Positions 1 to 7,857 of a DNA stretch of 35,103 nucleotides are shown one piece after another. Source of the DNA: Anaerolineales bacterium (lineage in GTDB: Bacteria > Chloroflexota > Anaerolineae > Anaerolineales > DRMV01). The DNA is taken from positions 1 through 35,103 of the forward strand of contig JALSPT010000163.1 in assembly GCA_026985785.1 (NCBI GenBank), in the 5' to 3' direction. The notes under the pieces are model-generated. The model saw only the letters and a program-made list of their open reading frames with translations, had not been told where the DNA came from and ran no database searches. Both the position numbers and the translations under genes were made by a program. Numbering within the stretch: the first letter of the stretch is position 1; each line of letters opens with the position of its first letter.

Positions 1-127
1 TGGAAAGCACGAAGTCGATGATGCGGTACTTGCCCGCGAAGGGCACGGCGGGCTTGGTGCGTTTGGAGGTGAGGACGCTCAGGCGAGAGCCTTCCCCACC
101 GGCAAGGATGACGGCGCGGGTTTTCAT
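1..127 (-). CDS. glgC: glucose-1-phosphate adenylyltransferase, N-terminal fragment (gene continues left of the window)
   Basis: The reverse complement reads [42 protein letters not shown], the classic GlgC N-terminus. AGGAGG (135-140, minus strand) lies 7 nt upstream of the ATG ending at 127. glgA is nearby. Confidence 0.85.
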   Translation of the reverse strand, partial: MKTRAVILAGGEGSRLSVLTSKRTKPAVPFAGKYRIIDFVLS

Positions 128-145
128 AGGGGAACCTCCTGAAAT

Positions 146-174
146 TTGACACCGACAGAGTCTTCCTGTACAAT
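146..174 (+). promoter_or_regulatory. sigma70-type promoter, TTGACA-17 nt-TACAAT
   Basis: TTGACA at 146-151, an exact 17-nt spacer at 152-168, and TACAAT at 169-174. This matches the consensus at 11 of 12 positions in otherwise GC-rich DNA. Confidence 0.5.
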
Positions 175-180
175 TAAGAA

Positions 181-297
181 CACCGGGGACGAAATTCGGC
201 TTCATGCCGTGTGATTGGCCGGTCGCGGCCGGCGCAATCCTATATCCCCGGAGGCTTCATCTCCCTTCTAAGGCCGCCAGCGTGAGCGGCCTTTTTT
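181..297 (+). ncRNA. candidate small RNA of about 115 nt, unclassified
   Basis: Bounded by the promoter at 146-174 and the intrinsic terminator at 271-297. It has an internal GGCCG-GTCG-CGGCC hairpin at 217-230. No plus-strand ORF with an RBS is present. Its 3' end is antisense to the last codons of the DUF3800 gene. Confidence 0.35.
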
Positions 298-1090
298 GGT
301 TGTAGTACGCGCCATAGGGGGCATGACGGGTGTCGTCGACGTCGTGTATCAAGCGGAAAGCAGGCCATAAGTAGCGGAGATAGCGCGCTTCTTTTCGCTC
401 GTAAAAGCGTTGCAACGCCCACAAGAAGTAGTCTGCTGCCTGTAAGCCTCCTGATGCTTCCGGCCTGCCGACGATTACCTGAATGGCGGCGTGGCTTTGA
501 ATGCCCCAGCGCCGGAAAAAACGCTCTCGTGCCTGAGCGAGTGCCTCTTGCAACGCCGCTGTGCGATCCGAGCGTCCCCGCTGTGCAAAACAGATGGTGT
601 ATCTTTGCTCTTTGTGAAGGCGATCACGAAACAAGCGGCGCACGAGATGGTCGTAGAGTTCGTTGGGATGGTACCGATAATCGGGGTCATGAGCATTGCG
701 CTGGCGGACATAGGCTAACACACGATGCTTGTCTTTCACTACGGCAAAAAAGCGCAATCCCTCTGTGTGTTTTAGCAAAGCAAAGACTTCGCGCCGCACT
801 TCCGGCAGGTCGTCTTTGGCGTGAAAGGCTATCGCCGTTTTCCCCGCGGTGGGTTGCATGGAGGGCACGCCCTGAAAATACGGGTCGGCCAGGAGACGCA
901 GTCGTAGTGCTTCCATGCGTGCATGAAGTTTGGCAGGATTGGGAACGTCCAACAAGCCCAGGATGAAATAGCGGGAACAGCCCGGCGTTCCCACGCGCAC
1001 TTCACCGCGGCGGCCAAACAACACGCCGTCACCGGCTTCGTCCACGAAGTAATATCGCTGGGATGGGGACGGTGCGGGATTGCATGTCAT
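257..1090 (-). CDS. DUF3800 family protein
   Basis: 277-aa ORF with N-terminal YYFVDEAGD and C-terminal GLQAADYFLWAL, which match my recollection of the DUF3800 hallmark motifs. By spot count its GC is lower than that of the flanking glg genes. Confidence 0.65.
   Translation of the reverse strand: MTCNPAPSPSQRYYFVDEAGDGVLFGRRGEVRVGTPGCSRYFILGLLDVPNPAKLHARMEALRLRLLADPYFQGVPSMQPTAGKTAIAFHAKDDLPEVRREVFALLKHTEGLRFFAVVKDKHRVLAYVRQRNAHDPDYRYHPNELYDHLVRRLFRDRLHKEQRYTICFAQRGRSDRTAALQEALAQARERFFRRWGIQSHAAIQVIVGRPEASGGLQAADYFLWALQRFYERKEARYLRYLWPAFRLIHDVDDTRHAPYGAYYNQKRPLTLAALEGR
271..297 (+). terminator. rho-independent terminator (plus-strand polarity)
   Basis: Stem AGGCCGC (271-277) pairs with GCGGCCT (286-292) around an 8-nt loop and runs into a T6 tract at 292-297. 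On the minus strand no U-tract follows the hairpin. Confidence 0.6.
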
Positions 1091-1135
1091 GCGATTCCCT
1101 GCAGGGGAAGGGGTGGCGAGGGGGGGGAGGAAGAG

Positions 1136-1159
1136 GTTAGGGAGTTAGGGAGTTAGGCG
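1136..1159. repeat. 8-bp tandem repeat, GTTAGGGA x2 plus GTTAGGCG
   Basis: Read directly: gttaggga gttaggga gttaggcg. The glgA stop codon (tta at 1145-1147, minus strand) lies inside the repeat. Confidence 0.6.
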
Positions 1160-2581
1160 GCGGTAGAGGTCGGCGTAGGCGCGGGCGGGTTGCCGCCACG
1201 AGAAATCCTGCGCCATGCCGCGGCGTTGGAGGGCTTGCCAGCGGCGGCGGTTGGGAAACAGGGCCAACGCCCGACGGAGGGCAAAGGCTAAGGCTTTGGG
1301 GGTGGCTTCGGGGAAGAGTACGCCAGTGCTGTGGCGGGGGTGCAGGTCGAGGTCGCGCACGGTGTCGGCCAGGCCGCCGGTTTCCGTCGCCACGGGCACG
1401 CAGCCGTAGCGCATGGCGATCATCTGCGCCAGGCCGCACGGCTCGTAGCGGGAAGGCATCATGAGCACGTCGGCGCCGGCGTAGATGCGGCGGGCGAGGG
1501 CGTCGTCATAGCGCAGCACGGCGCGCACCCGGTCGGGGAAGTCGGCTTCCAGCCGCCGCAGGGCGTTTTCCAGATGCGGCTCGCCAGTGCCCAGGAGCAC
1601 CGCCTGCCAGGGGAAATCGGCCAGCAGGCGCAGCGCCTCGGCCACCACGTCCACGCCCTTTTGCTCGGTCAGGCGGCTGACCAGGCCGAGAAGGGGCAGC
1701 CGCTCCTCCGGCTGCGGCAGCCCGACCTGCTGCCGCAGGGCCGCCGCATTGCGTTCCCGCAGCGTGAGGGTCGTGGCCGTATAGCGCACATCCAGCGCGG
1801 GGTCGGTGGCCGGGTTCCACAGGTCGGTGTCCAGGCCGTTGAGGATGCCGTGCAGGCGTTCCCGACGGCGGCGGAGGAAGTCTTCCAGGCCGTGACCGAA
1901 TTCGGGCGTCAGGATTTCGCGGGCGTAGGTGGGGGAAACCGTGGTGATGGCGTCCGCCGCGGCCAGCCCCAGCGGCAGGGGCACGCTGCGCGCCCAGGTG
2001 GGAAGGCCGCTGGCCTCGTTGGCAGGCGGCAGGCCGAAGGCATCCAGCAACAAGGGGGAAGCCGGCCCCATGTAAGGCAGGTTGTGCACGGTGAGCACAC
2101 TGCGGGTGGGTGCAAAGAAAGCGCCCTCGCGGCGGTAGTGGCCGAGGGCGTGGACTGCCAGGGCGGTGTGCCAGTCGTGGGCATGGAGGATGTCGGGCGG
2201 CCAATCCAGGTAGCGGGTCAGCGCGAGGGCGGCCAGGGAGAAAAAGGCGTATTTGACGGCGTCGGCGTGGGGGTCGGTGCTGTACACGCCGTGGATGGCC
2301 GCCACCGGCGCGCCGCCGATGAAGTAAACCGGGAGGCCGCGATGGGTGGTGGCGTACACTTCGGCGGTGATGGGACCGTTGCGGTGGGCTACGGTGAAGG
2401 CGGCCAGCGGGCGCAGCCCCCAGCGGGCAGCATCTACCGTCAGATGTAACGGCAGCACCAGACGGATGTCGGCGTCGGGCAGGTTTTCTTTGAGCGCCCA
2501 CGGCAGCGCGCCCGCGACGTCGCCCAATCCCCCTACTTTGGCAAATGGTGTGGCTTCGGCAGCAAGAAAAAGGATGTTCAT
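1145..2581 (-). CDS. glgA: glycogen synthase (ADP-glucose type)
   Basis: 478 aa. The N-terminus is MNILFLAAEATPFAKVGGLGDV (the KVGGL motif), and the C-terminal part has GT1 motifs (SRYEPCGL, GGLADTV). Confidence 0.95.
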   Translation of the reverse strand: MNILFLAAEATPFAKVGGLGDVAGALPWALKENLPDADIRLVLPLHLTVDAARWGLRPLAAFTVAHRNGPITAEVYATTHRGLPVYFIGGAPVAAIHGVYSTDPHADAVKYAFFSLAALALTRYLDWPPDILHAHDWHTALAVHALGHYRREGAFFAPTRSVLTVHNLPYMGPASPLLLDAFGLPPANEASGLPTWARSVPLPLGLAAADAITTVSPTYAREILTPEFGHGLEDFLRRRRERLHGILNGLDTDLWNPATDPALDVRYTATTLTLRERNAAALRQQVGLPQPEERLPLLGLVSRLTEQKGVDVVAEALRLLADFPWQAVLLGTGEPHLENALRRLEADFPDRVRAVLRYDDALARRIYAGADVLMMPSRYEPCGLAQMIAMRYGCVPVATETGGLADTVRDLDLHPRHSTGVLFPEATPKALAFALRRALALFPNRRRWQALQRRGMAQDFSWRQPARAYADLYRRLTP

Positions 2582-2630
2582 GAGGGCCTCTGCGAGAATT
2601 ATAGCATGCTGCCAGCCGTGGCGTCTGCTG

Positions 2631-3527
2631 CTATTTCCCCAAAAACAGCCCTGCAGCCAGCAGAACCCCGAAAATCAACACCAACTGACCGGTTTGCGCC
2701 AGCGCGACGTTGAGCGCCCGCCCTTCGGCCTGCATCACGATGCGGCGCGTCCGCCAGGCCCACGGCAGCGAGAGCACCACGGCCAACGCCTGGGGTGGAA
2801 AGATGCCCATGCCCACCGCCGCGGCTACGATGAGATAGGCGCCCCAGATGCACAGGTCGTATTCCCGACGCGCCCCGTTCGCCCCCAGCAGCACGGCCAA
2901 GGTGCGTTTGCCCGCCTGTTGGTCGGTGGGGATGTCGCGCAGGTTGTTGACTACCAGAATGGCCACCGAGAGCAGCCCCAAGGGCACCGCCGTCCACCAT
3001 ACCGCCGGGGTGACCGTGCGCGCTTGCACGAAATAGGTGCCGCCGACCGCGGCCAAGCCAAAGTAGAGGAAGACGAACAAATCGCCCAGGCCATAGTAGC
3101 CGTAAGGCAGGGGGCCGCCGGTGTAGCCGATGGCCGCCAGGATGGCCGTCAGGCCGATGAGCGCCACCGGCCAGCCTGCCACGGCAATCAGATACACGCC
3201 CACGGCAGCCGCGAGACCAAAGGTGAGCCACATGCCACGCGTCACCTCGGCAGGCGAGAGCAATCCGGCCTGGGTGACGCGGGTGGGCCCCAGGCGCTCG
3301 CCGGTATCGGCGCCGCGGTGGAAATCGGCGACGTCGTTGGCCAAATTGGCGCCGATTTGCAGCAAGACGCCGCCTGCCAGGGCGGCCAGCGCCGGGCCCC
3401 AGCGGAAAACACCATCGTGGGCAGCCAGCCCCCATCCGGCCAGCACCGGCCCCACCGCGGCGGGCAGGGTCTTGGGGCGGATGGCCAGCAGCCAGATTTT
3501 CCAGCGGGGAAGAGAGGTCGTGGTCAT
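2631..3527 (-). CDS. menA: 1,4-dihydroxy-2-naphthoate polyprenyltransferase (UbiA family)
   Basis: 298 aa and polytopic. It has the UbiA motifs NDVADFHRGADT and NNLRDIPTDQQAGKRTLAV. It sits in the men operon with a 4-nt ATGA overlap with menE. Confidence 0.9.
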   Translation of the reverse strand: MTTTSLPRWKIWLLAIRPKTLPAAVGPVLAGWGLAAHDGVFRWGPALAALAGGVLLQIGANLANDVADFHRGADTGERLGPTRVTQAGLLSPAEVTRGMWLTFGLAAAVGVYLIAVAGWPVALIGLTAILAAIGYTGGPLPYGYYGLGDLFVFLYFGLAAVGGTYFVQARTVTPAVWWTAVPLGLLSVAILVVNNLRDIPTDQQAGKRTLAVLLGANGARREYDLCIWGAYLIVAAAVGMGIFPPQALAVVLSLPWAWRTRRIVMQAEGRALNVALAQTGQLVLIFGVLLAAGLFLGK

Positions 3528-5092
3528 TGGGCATCCTCCGAAGTTGTGGTCTCCGGCGTCGGCGGCGAGGTGAAAAGGGCGCGGACGCCAGGGCGGCGCA
3601 CCTTGCCGGAGGCGGTGCGGGGCAGGTCGGACACCAGACGCCAGCGGCGCGGCACTTTATACCCCGCCAGGTGCCGGCGGCAGTGGGCGGCCAGCGTTTC
3701 GGGGGTGACGTGGGCGCCGGGGCGCAACACCACGGCCGCGGCTACCCGCTGGCCCCATTCGGGGTCCTCGAGGCCCACCACGCAGGCTTCGGCCACGGCG
3801 GGATGCTCCCGCAGCACGGCCTCCACCTCGGCGGGATAAACGTTTTCGCCGCCGGTGACGATCAGATCACCGCGGCGGTTGACCACCCACAAGTCGCCTT
3901 CGGCATCCAGGTAGCCCAGATCGCCGGTGCGCAGCCAGCCATCCCGCAACGCGGCCTGGGTGGCCTGGGGATCGCCGTCGTAACCTGCGAACACGGTGGG
4001 ACCGCTGACCAGAATTTCGCCGATTTCCCTCGCGGGCAACGGGTTGCCGTGGGTGTCTGCAATGCGGATGCGGGTGGCGAAGAGAGGTTTGCCCACCGTG
4101 CCGGGCTTGCGGCGGACTTCTTCGGGGCGCGCCGTGGCGGTTTGGGAAGTGGATTCCGTGAGGCCGTAGGTGGTGGCGATGGGATAGCCGCGGGCGAGGG
4201 CGCGTTGCAGCAGTTCGGGCGCTGCCGCCGCGCCGCCGAGCAGCACCAGCCGTAAGGTCGGTGGCGAGGGAGCGGGCACGGCTTCCAGCAGGCGGTGCAG
4301 CATGGTGGGCACGAGGGAAACCAGGGTGACGCGCTGTTGGACGAGGGTTTCGTATAGCCGAGGAGGGTTGAAAGAGGCGTTGGCGTTTTCGGGGAGCACC
4401 ACCGCGGTGCCGTAGAGGGCGCTGCGCCAGACGATGCTGAGCCCGCCGACATGATAGAGCGGCAAGGTGAGCAGCCAGCGGTCCTCGGGCAGCACGCCCA
4501 GACGAAAGGCCGAGGCCACCGCGCTGTGGTAGAAGTTGGCGGCGGTGAGCACGGCGGCTTTGGGGCGCCCGGTGGTGCCGGAGGTGAAGAGAATGGCGAA
4601 TGGCGAATGGCGAGTGGCGAGGGGTGAGGGGCGAGTTGCGGGGTGCGAGGGGCGAGGGGCGAGTGGCGAGTGGCGAATGGCGAGGGGCGAGGGGCGGGGG
4701 GCTTCCGCAATTCCTAATTCTTCATTCGCTATTTCCATCACCCGCCGTTCGCCGGCGACTGCGCGAGCGCGCGCCGCGGTGCTGGGGGTGGCAAGCACAT
4801 GCGTAGCGCCGCTGCGGTTCAGTTGGTCGCGCATCTCGGCCGGGGCGAGGCGCAGGTTGAGGGGCACCAGCACGGCACCCAGGCGGGCCACGGCGTGGAT
4901 GGCCGCCACGGCCACCGGCTCCCTGGGGAGCAACGCGGCCACGCGGGCCTTCGGGGCGACGCCCTCTTGGGTCAGCACCGCCTCCAGGGCCGCGGCCCAG
5001 GCCGCGAGATCCCGGTACGTGAGGGTGTGGGGTCCCCAAATCAGGGCCGGGCGGTCGGGGGTGGCGAGGGCGCGAGGGGTGAGGAGGTCCAT
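3524..5092 (-). CDS. menE: o-succinylbenzoate-CoA ligase, carrying an in-frame insert of about 35 aa encoded by the heptamer repeat
   Basis: 522-aa adenylate-forming enzyme with LFTSGTTGRPK, TYGLTE, GDLGYLD and PRTASGKV. It lies between menB and menA. Confidence 0.85.
   Translation of the reverse strand: MDLLTPRALATPDRPALIWGPHTLTYRDLAAWAAALEAVLTQEGVAPKARVAALLPREPVAVAAIHAVARLGAVLVPLNLRLAPAEMRDQLNRSGATHVLATPSTAARARAVAGERRVMEIANEELGIAEAPRPSPLAIRHSPLAPRPSHPATRPSPLATRHSPFAILFTSGTTGRPKAAVLTAANFYHSAVASAFRLGVLPEDRWLLTLPLYHVGGLSIVWRSALYGTAVVLPENANASFNPPRLYETLVQQRVTLVSLVPTMLHRLLEAVPAPSPPTLRLVLLGGAAAAPELLQRALARGYPIATTYGLTESTSQTATARPEEVRRKPGTVGKPLFATRIRIADTHGNPLPAREIGEILVSGPTVFAGYDGDPQATQAALRDGWLRTGDLGYLDAEGDLWVVNRRGDLIVTGGENVYPAEVEAVLREHPAVAEACVVGLEDPEWGQRVAAAVVLRPGAHVTPETLAAHCRRHLAGYKVPRRWRLVSDLPRTASGKVRRPGVRALFTSPPTPETTTSEDAQ
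4591..4702. repeat. tandem heptanucleotide array, about 16 units of GARKGGC
   Basis: Read directly: gaatggc x3, gagtggc, gaggggt, gaggggc, gagttgc, ggggtgc, gaggggc x2, gagtggc x2, gaatggc, gaggggc x2, ggggggc. In menE it is translated with 21-nt (7-aa) periodicity: SPLAIRH SPLAPRP SHPATRP SPLATRH SPFAI. Confidence 0.9.
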
Positions 5093-5095
5093 AGG

Positions 5096-5118
5096 AGTTG
5101 CGAGGGGCGAGTGGCGAA

Positions 5119-5123
<5 letters not shown>
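5096..5123. repeat. second copy of the heptamer repeat (3-4 units)
   Basis: gagttgc gaggggc gagtggc gaattag. These units fill essentially the whole 26-nt menB-menE spacer (5093-5118). Confidence 0.7.
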
Positions 5124-5985
<862 letters not shown>

Positions 5986-6009
5986 GGGTTTTCCTCCGGT
6001 TGAGGGCGT

Positions 6010-7857
6010 TCACATCTCAGATGTCAGGGATTGCAGACGGCCAATCGCCTCGCGCCGGGCGGCTTCGTGGGCCTGGGCGTCGGTGGGGACCTCGATGAGA
6101 TGGGGAAATTCCTGTGCCAGAACGGCTTGCAGGGTGGGCGACAATGCTTGCGGCGCGACCCGCCGATAGCGCAGGCCGTACATCTCGGCGGCCGGGGCGA
6201 AGGTCAGACCATGGGGGGTGCGGAAAAGGGCCGTGTAAGGCGGTTCGTGCTGGGCGATGGGCAGCCGGGCGAAGATGCCGCCGCCGTCGTTGTTGAGCAC
6301 GACAATGTGGAAGTTTCGCAGGCCGAAGCGGGAGACCGCCAGCAAGCCGCCCAGGTCGTGGAGCAGGGAGAGGTCACCCAGCACAAGCACGGTGGGCCTG
6401 CTGCTGGCCGCGGCCACCCCGGCGGCCGTCGAGACCACGCCGTCAATGCCGCTCACGCCCCGGTTGGCGAAGACGCGCAGCGGTTTGGCCGTGGGCAAGG
6501 CGTATTCGTCCAGGTGGCGCACCGGCAGGCTGTTGCCCACGAAGAGGCGGGCCTCAGGCGGCAGGGCCTTCACCACGGCGGCCAGCAGCGGGCCTTCGGT
6601 GAGGGGCGCCTTGGCTAGCAGGCGGCGGGCACGCTGCTCGGCTTGGTGCCATGCGCCCAGCCATGCTTCGTTGGGGCGGGGGGGACGCCCTGCCAGGGCC
6701 TCCAAAAGGGCGCTCAGGGTGGCTTGCGGGTCGGCCACCAGCCAGTGGGTGAGGCGATAGCCGGGATCAGGCCAGGCGGGGAAAGGCGTGAGGACGACCA
6801 CCTCGGCGTTCGGCGGCAGCCGTTCCAGGTAGTCCAGCAGGGCGTTGCTGGTGGGCGGGGCGCCCAGGCGCAACACAAACCGCGGCGGGTCGGTAGCCGG
6901 CAGCCCGGCGGCGAGGAAGTGAGGGTAGGTGGCGAGGATCTCTCCCCACCCCCGCCCGCCTGCGGCGGGCACCCCCTCCCCTCCCTTATCAAGGGAGGGG
7001 AGGGGGTTGGAGGGAGGGGAGAGATCCACGAACCGCACGCCGGAGAGGGCATCGGCCAACAGGGGGTAGCCCGCGACGGCGGCCAGTTGGCCCAGCAAGG
7101 CGGCGGTTTCACCGTCGGGAGCGGCCTGAGGCCCGGCCACGATGAGCCCCCAACGGTAAGCACGGATTTTCCGCGCCAGGGCCTCTACCTCGGCGGCAGG
7201 CGGCACCCTGGGGGCCACGGTAAGGCGCGTGAGCGGGGCCCCGTCGTGGCGGCCCGAGGCGCCCAGCGGCGCGCGGGCGGCCAGGGCGGCCAGGTCCTGG
7301 GCGTCGTCGGGCTGGGGCTCCAGGGGCTTGCGGAAGGGGAAGTTGAGGTGTACCGGGCCGGGCTTGCCGTGCAGCCCCAGGGCCGCAGCCACAGCCCGAT
7401 CGGCTACGGCCCGCAGGTAACGCAGGGTGCGTGGGGCAGGGGCGTCTTCCGGCAAGGGCAGGTCCACAAACCAGCGTACCGCGCTGCCGTAGAGTTTCAC
7501 CTGGTCGGCGGTCTGGTTGGCACCGCTATCGCGCAGTTCGTGGGGGCGGTCAGCGGTGAGCAGCAACAGGGGCACGCCGGCGCGGTCGGCTTCCAATACG
7601 GCCGGGTGCAGGTTGGCTGTGGCTGTGCCCGAGGTGGTCAACACCGCCGCGGGGCGCCCGCTTTCCAGGGCCAGCCCCAGGGCGAAAAAGGCCGCGCTGC
7701 GCTCGTCCAGGTGCACATAGACAGGCAACCGCTCCTGGCGGCTGAAGGCCACGGCCAGGGGCGTGCTGCGCGAACCGGGGCAGAGCACCACGCCGCTCAG
7801 CGGCAGGCGGGTGAGTTCGTCAACGAACAGCGTGGCGAAAAGGGTGGCGGGGTTCAT
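6010..7857 (-). CDS. menD: SEPHCHC synthase (ThDP-dependent), carrying an in-frame 30-aa insert from a palindromic element
   Basis: 615 aa with N-terminal FVDELTRLPLSGVVLCPGSRSTPL and the ThDP motif GDLSLLHD...NNDGGGIF. It has a 4-nt overlap with menF. Confidence 0.9.
   Translation of the reverse strand: MNPATLFATLFVDELTRLPLSGVVLCPGSRSTPLAVAFSRQERLPVYVHLDERSAAFFALGLALESGRPAAVLTTSGTATANLHPAVLEADRAGVPLLLLTADRPHELRDSGANQTADQVKLYGSAVRWFVDLPLPEDAPAPRTLRYLRAVADRAVAAALGLHGKPGPVHLNFPFRKPLEPQPDDAQDLAALAARAPLGASGRHDGAPLTRLTVAPRVPPAAEVEALARKIRAYRWGLIVAGPQAAPDGETAALLGQLAAVAGYPLLADALSGVRFVDLSPPSNPLPSLDKGGEGVPAAGGRGWGEILATYPHFLAAGLPATDPPRFVLRLGAPPTSNALLDYLERLPPNAEVVVLTPFPAWPDPGYRLTHWLVADPQATLSALLEALAGRPPRPNEAWLGAWHQAEQRARRLLAKAPLTEGPLLAAVVKALPPEARLFVGNSLPVRHLDEYALPTAKPLRVFANRGVSGIDGVVSTAAGVAAASSRPTVLVLGDLSLLHDLGGLLAVSRFGLRNFHIVVLNNDGGGIFARLPIAQHEPPYTALFRTPHGLTFAPAAEMYGLRYRRVAPQALSPTLQAVLAQEFPHLIEVPTDAQAHEAARREAIGRLQSLTSEM
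6937..7026. mobile_element. 90-bp GATC-bounded palindromic element inserted in frame in menD
   Basis: GATCTCTCCCCACCCCC...GGGGAGAGATC termini, with two internal hairpins (GCCCGCC-TGC-GGCGGGC and CCCCTCCCCTCCCTT-atc-AAGGGAGGGGAGGGG). Its termini and central hairpin are shared with the cores of the elements at 14784-14983 and 17196-17396. Confidence 0.8.

Noticed and set aside
271-297. The hairpin as the terminator of the DUF3800 gene.
   Set aside because: On the minus strand the hairpin lies inside the last codons of the ORF and is followed by TTAGAAGGG, which is not a U-tract. The polarity fits only a plus-strand transcript.
204-305. 33-codon plus-strand ORF ([33 protein letters not shown]) inside the candidate sRNA.
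   Set aside because: It has no convincing SD, runs through the terminator hairpin, and its composition is not peptide-like. I kept the non-coding RNA interpretation, though a dual-function RNA cannot be excluded.
1331-3839. Long plus-strand ORFs (1331-2449, 2346-3839) and many similar ones elsewhere (for example 6643-7902, 20409-21530, 24033-25424, 27519-28991, 30715-31791, 33185-34147).
   Set aside because: They lie antisense to, or out of frame with, genes that have unmistakable family motifs. Their translations are Arg/Gly/Pro/Ala-rich low-complexity strings, typical of shadow ORFs in high-GC DNA.
4591-4702. Could the short-period array be a CRISPR array or a minisatellite outside genes?
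   Set aside because: The units are 7 bp with no spacers and lie inside an intact ORF, so this is not a CRISPR array. No cas genes are in the window.
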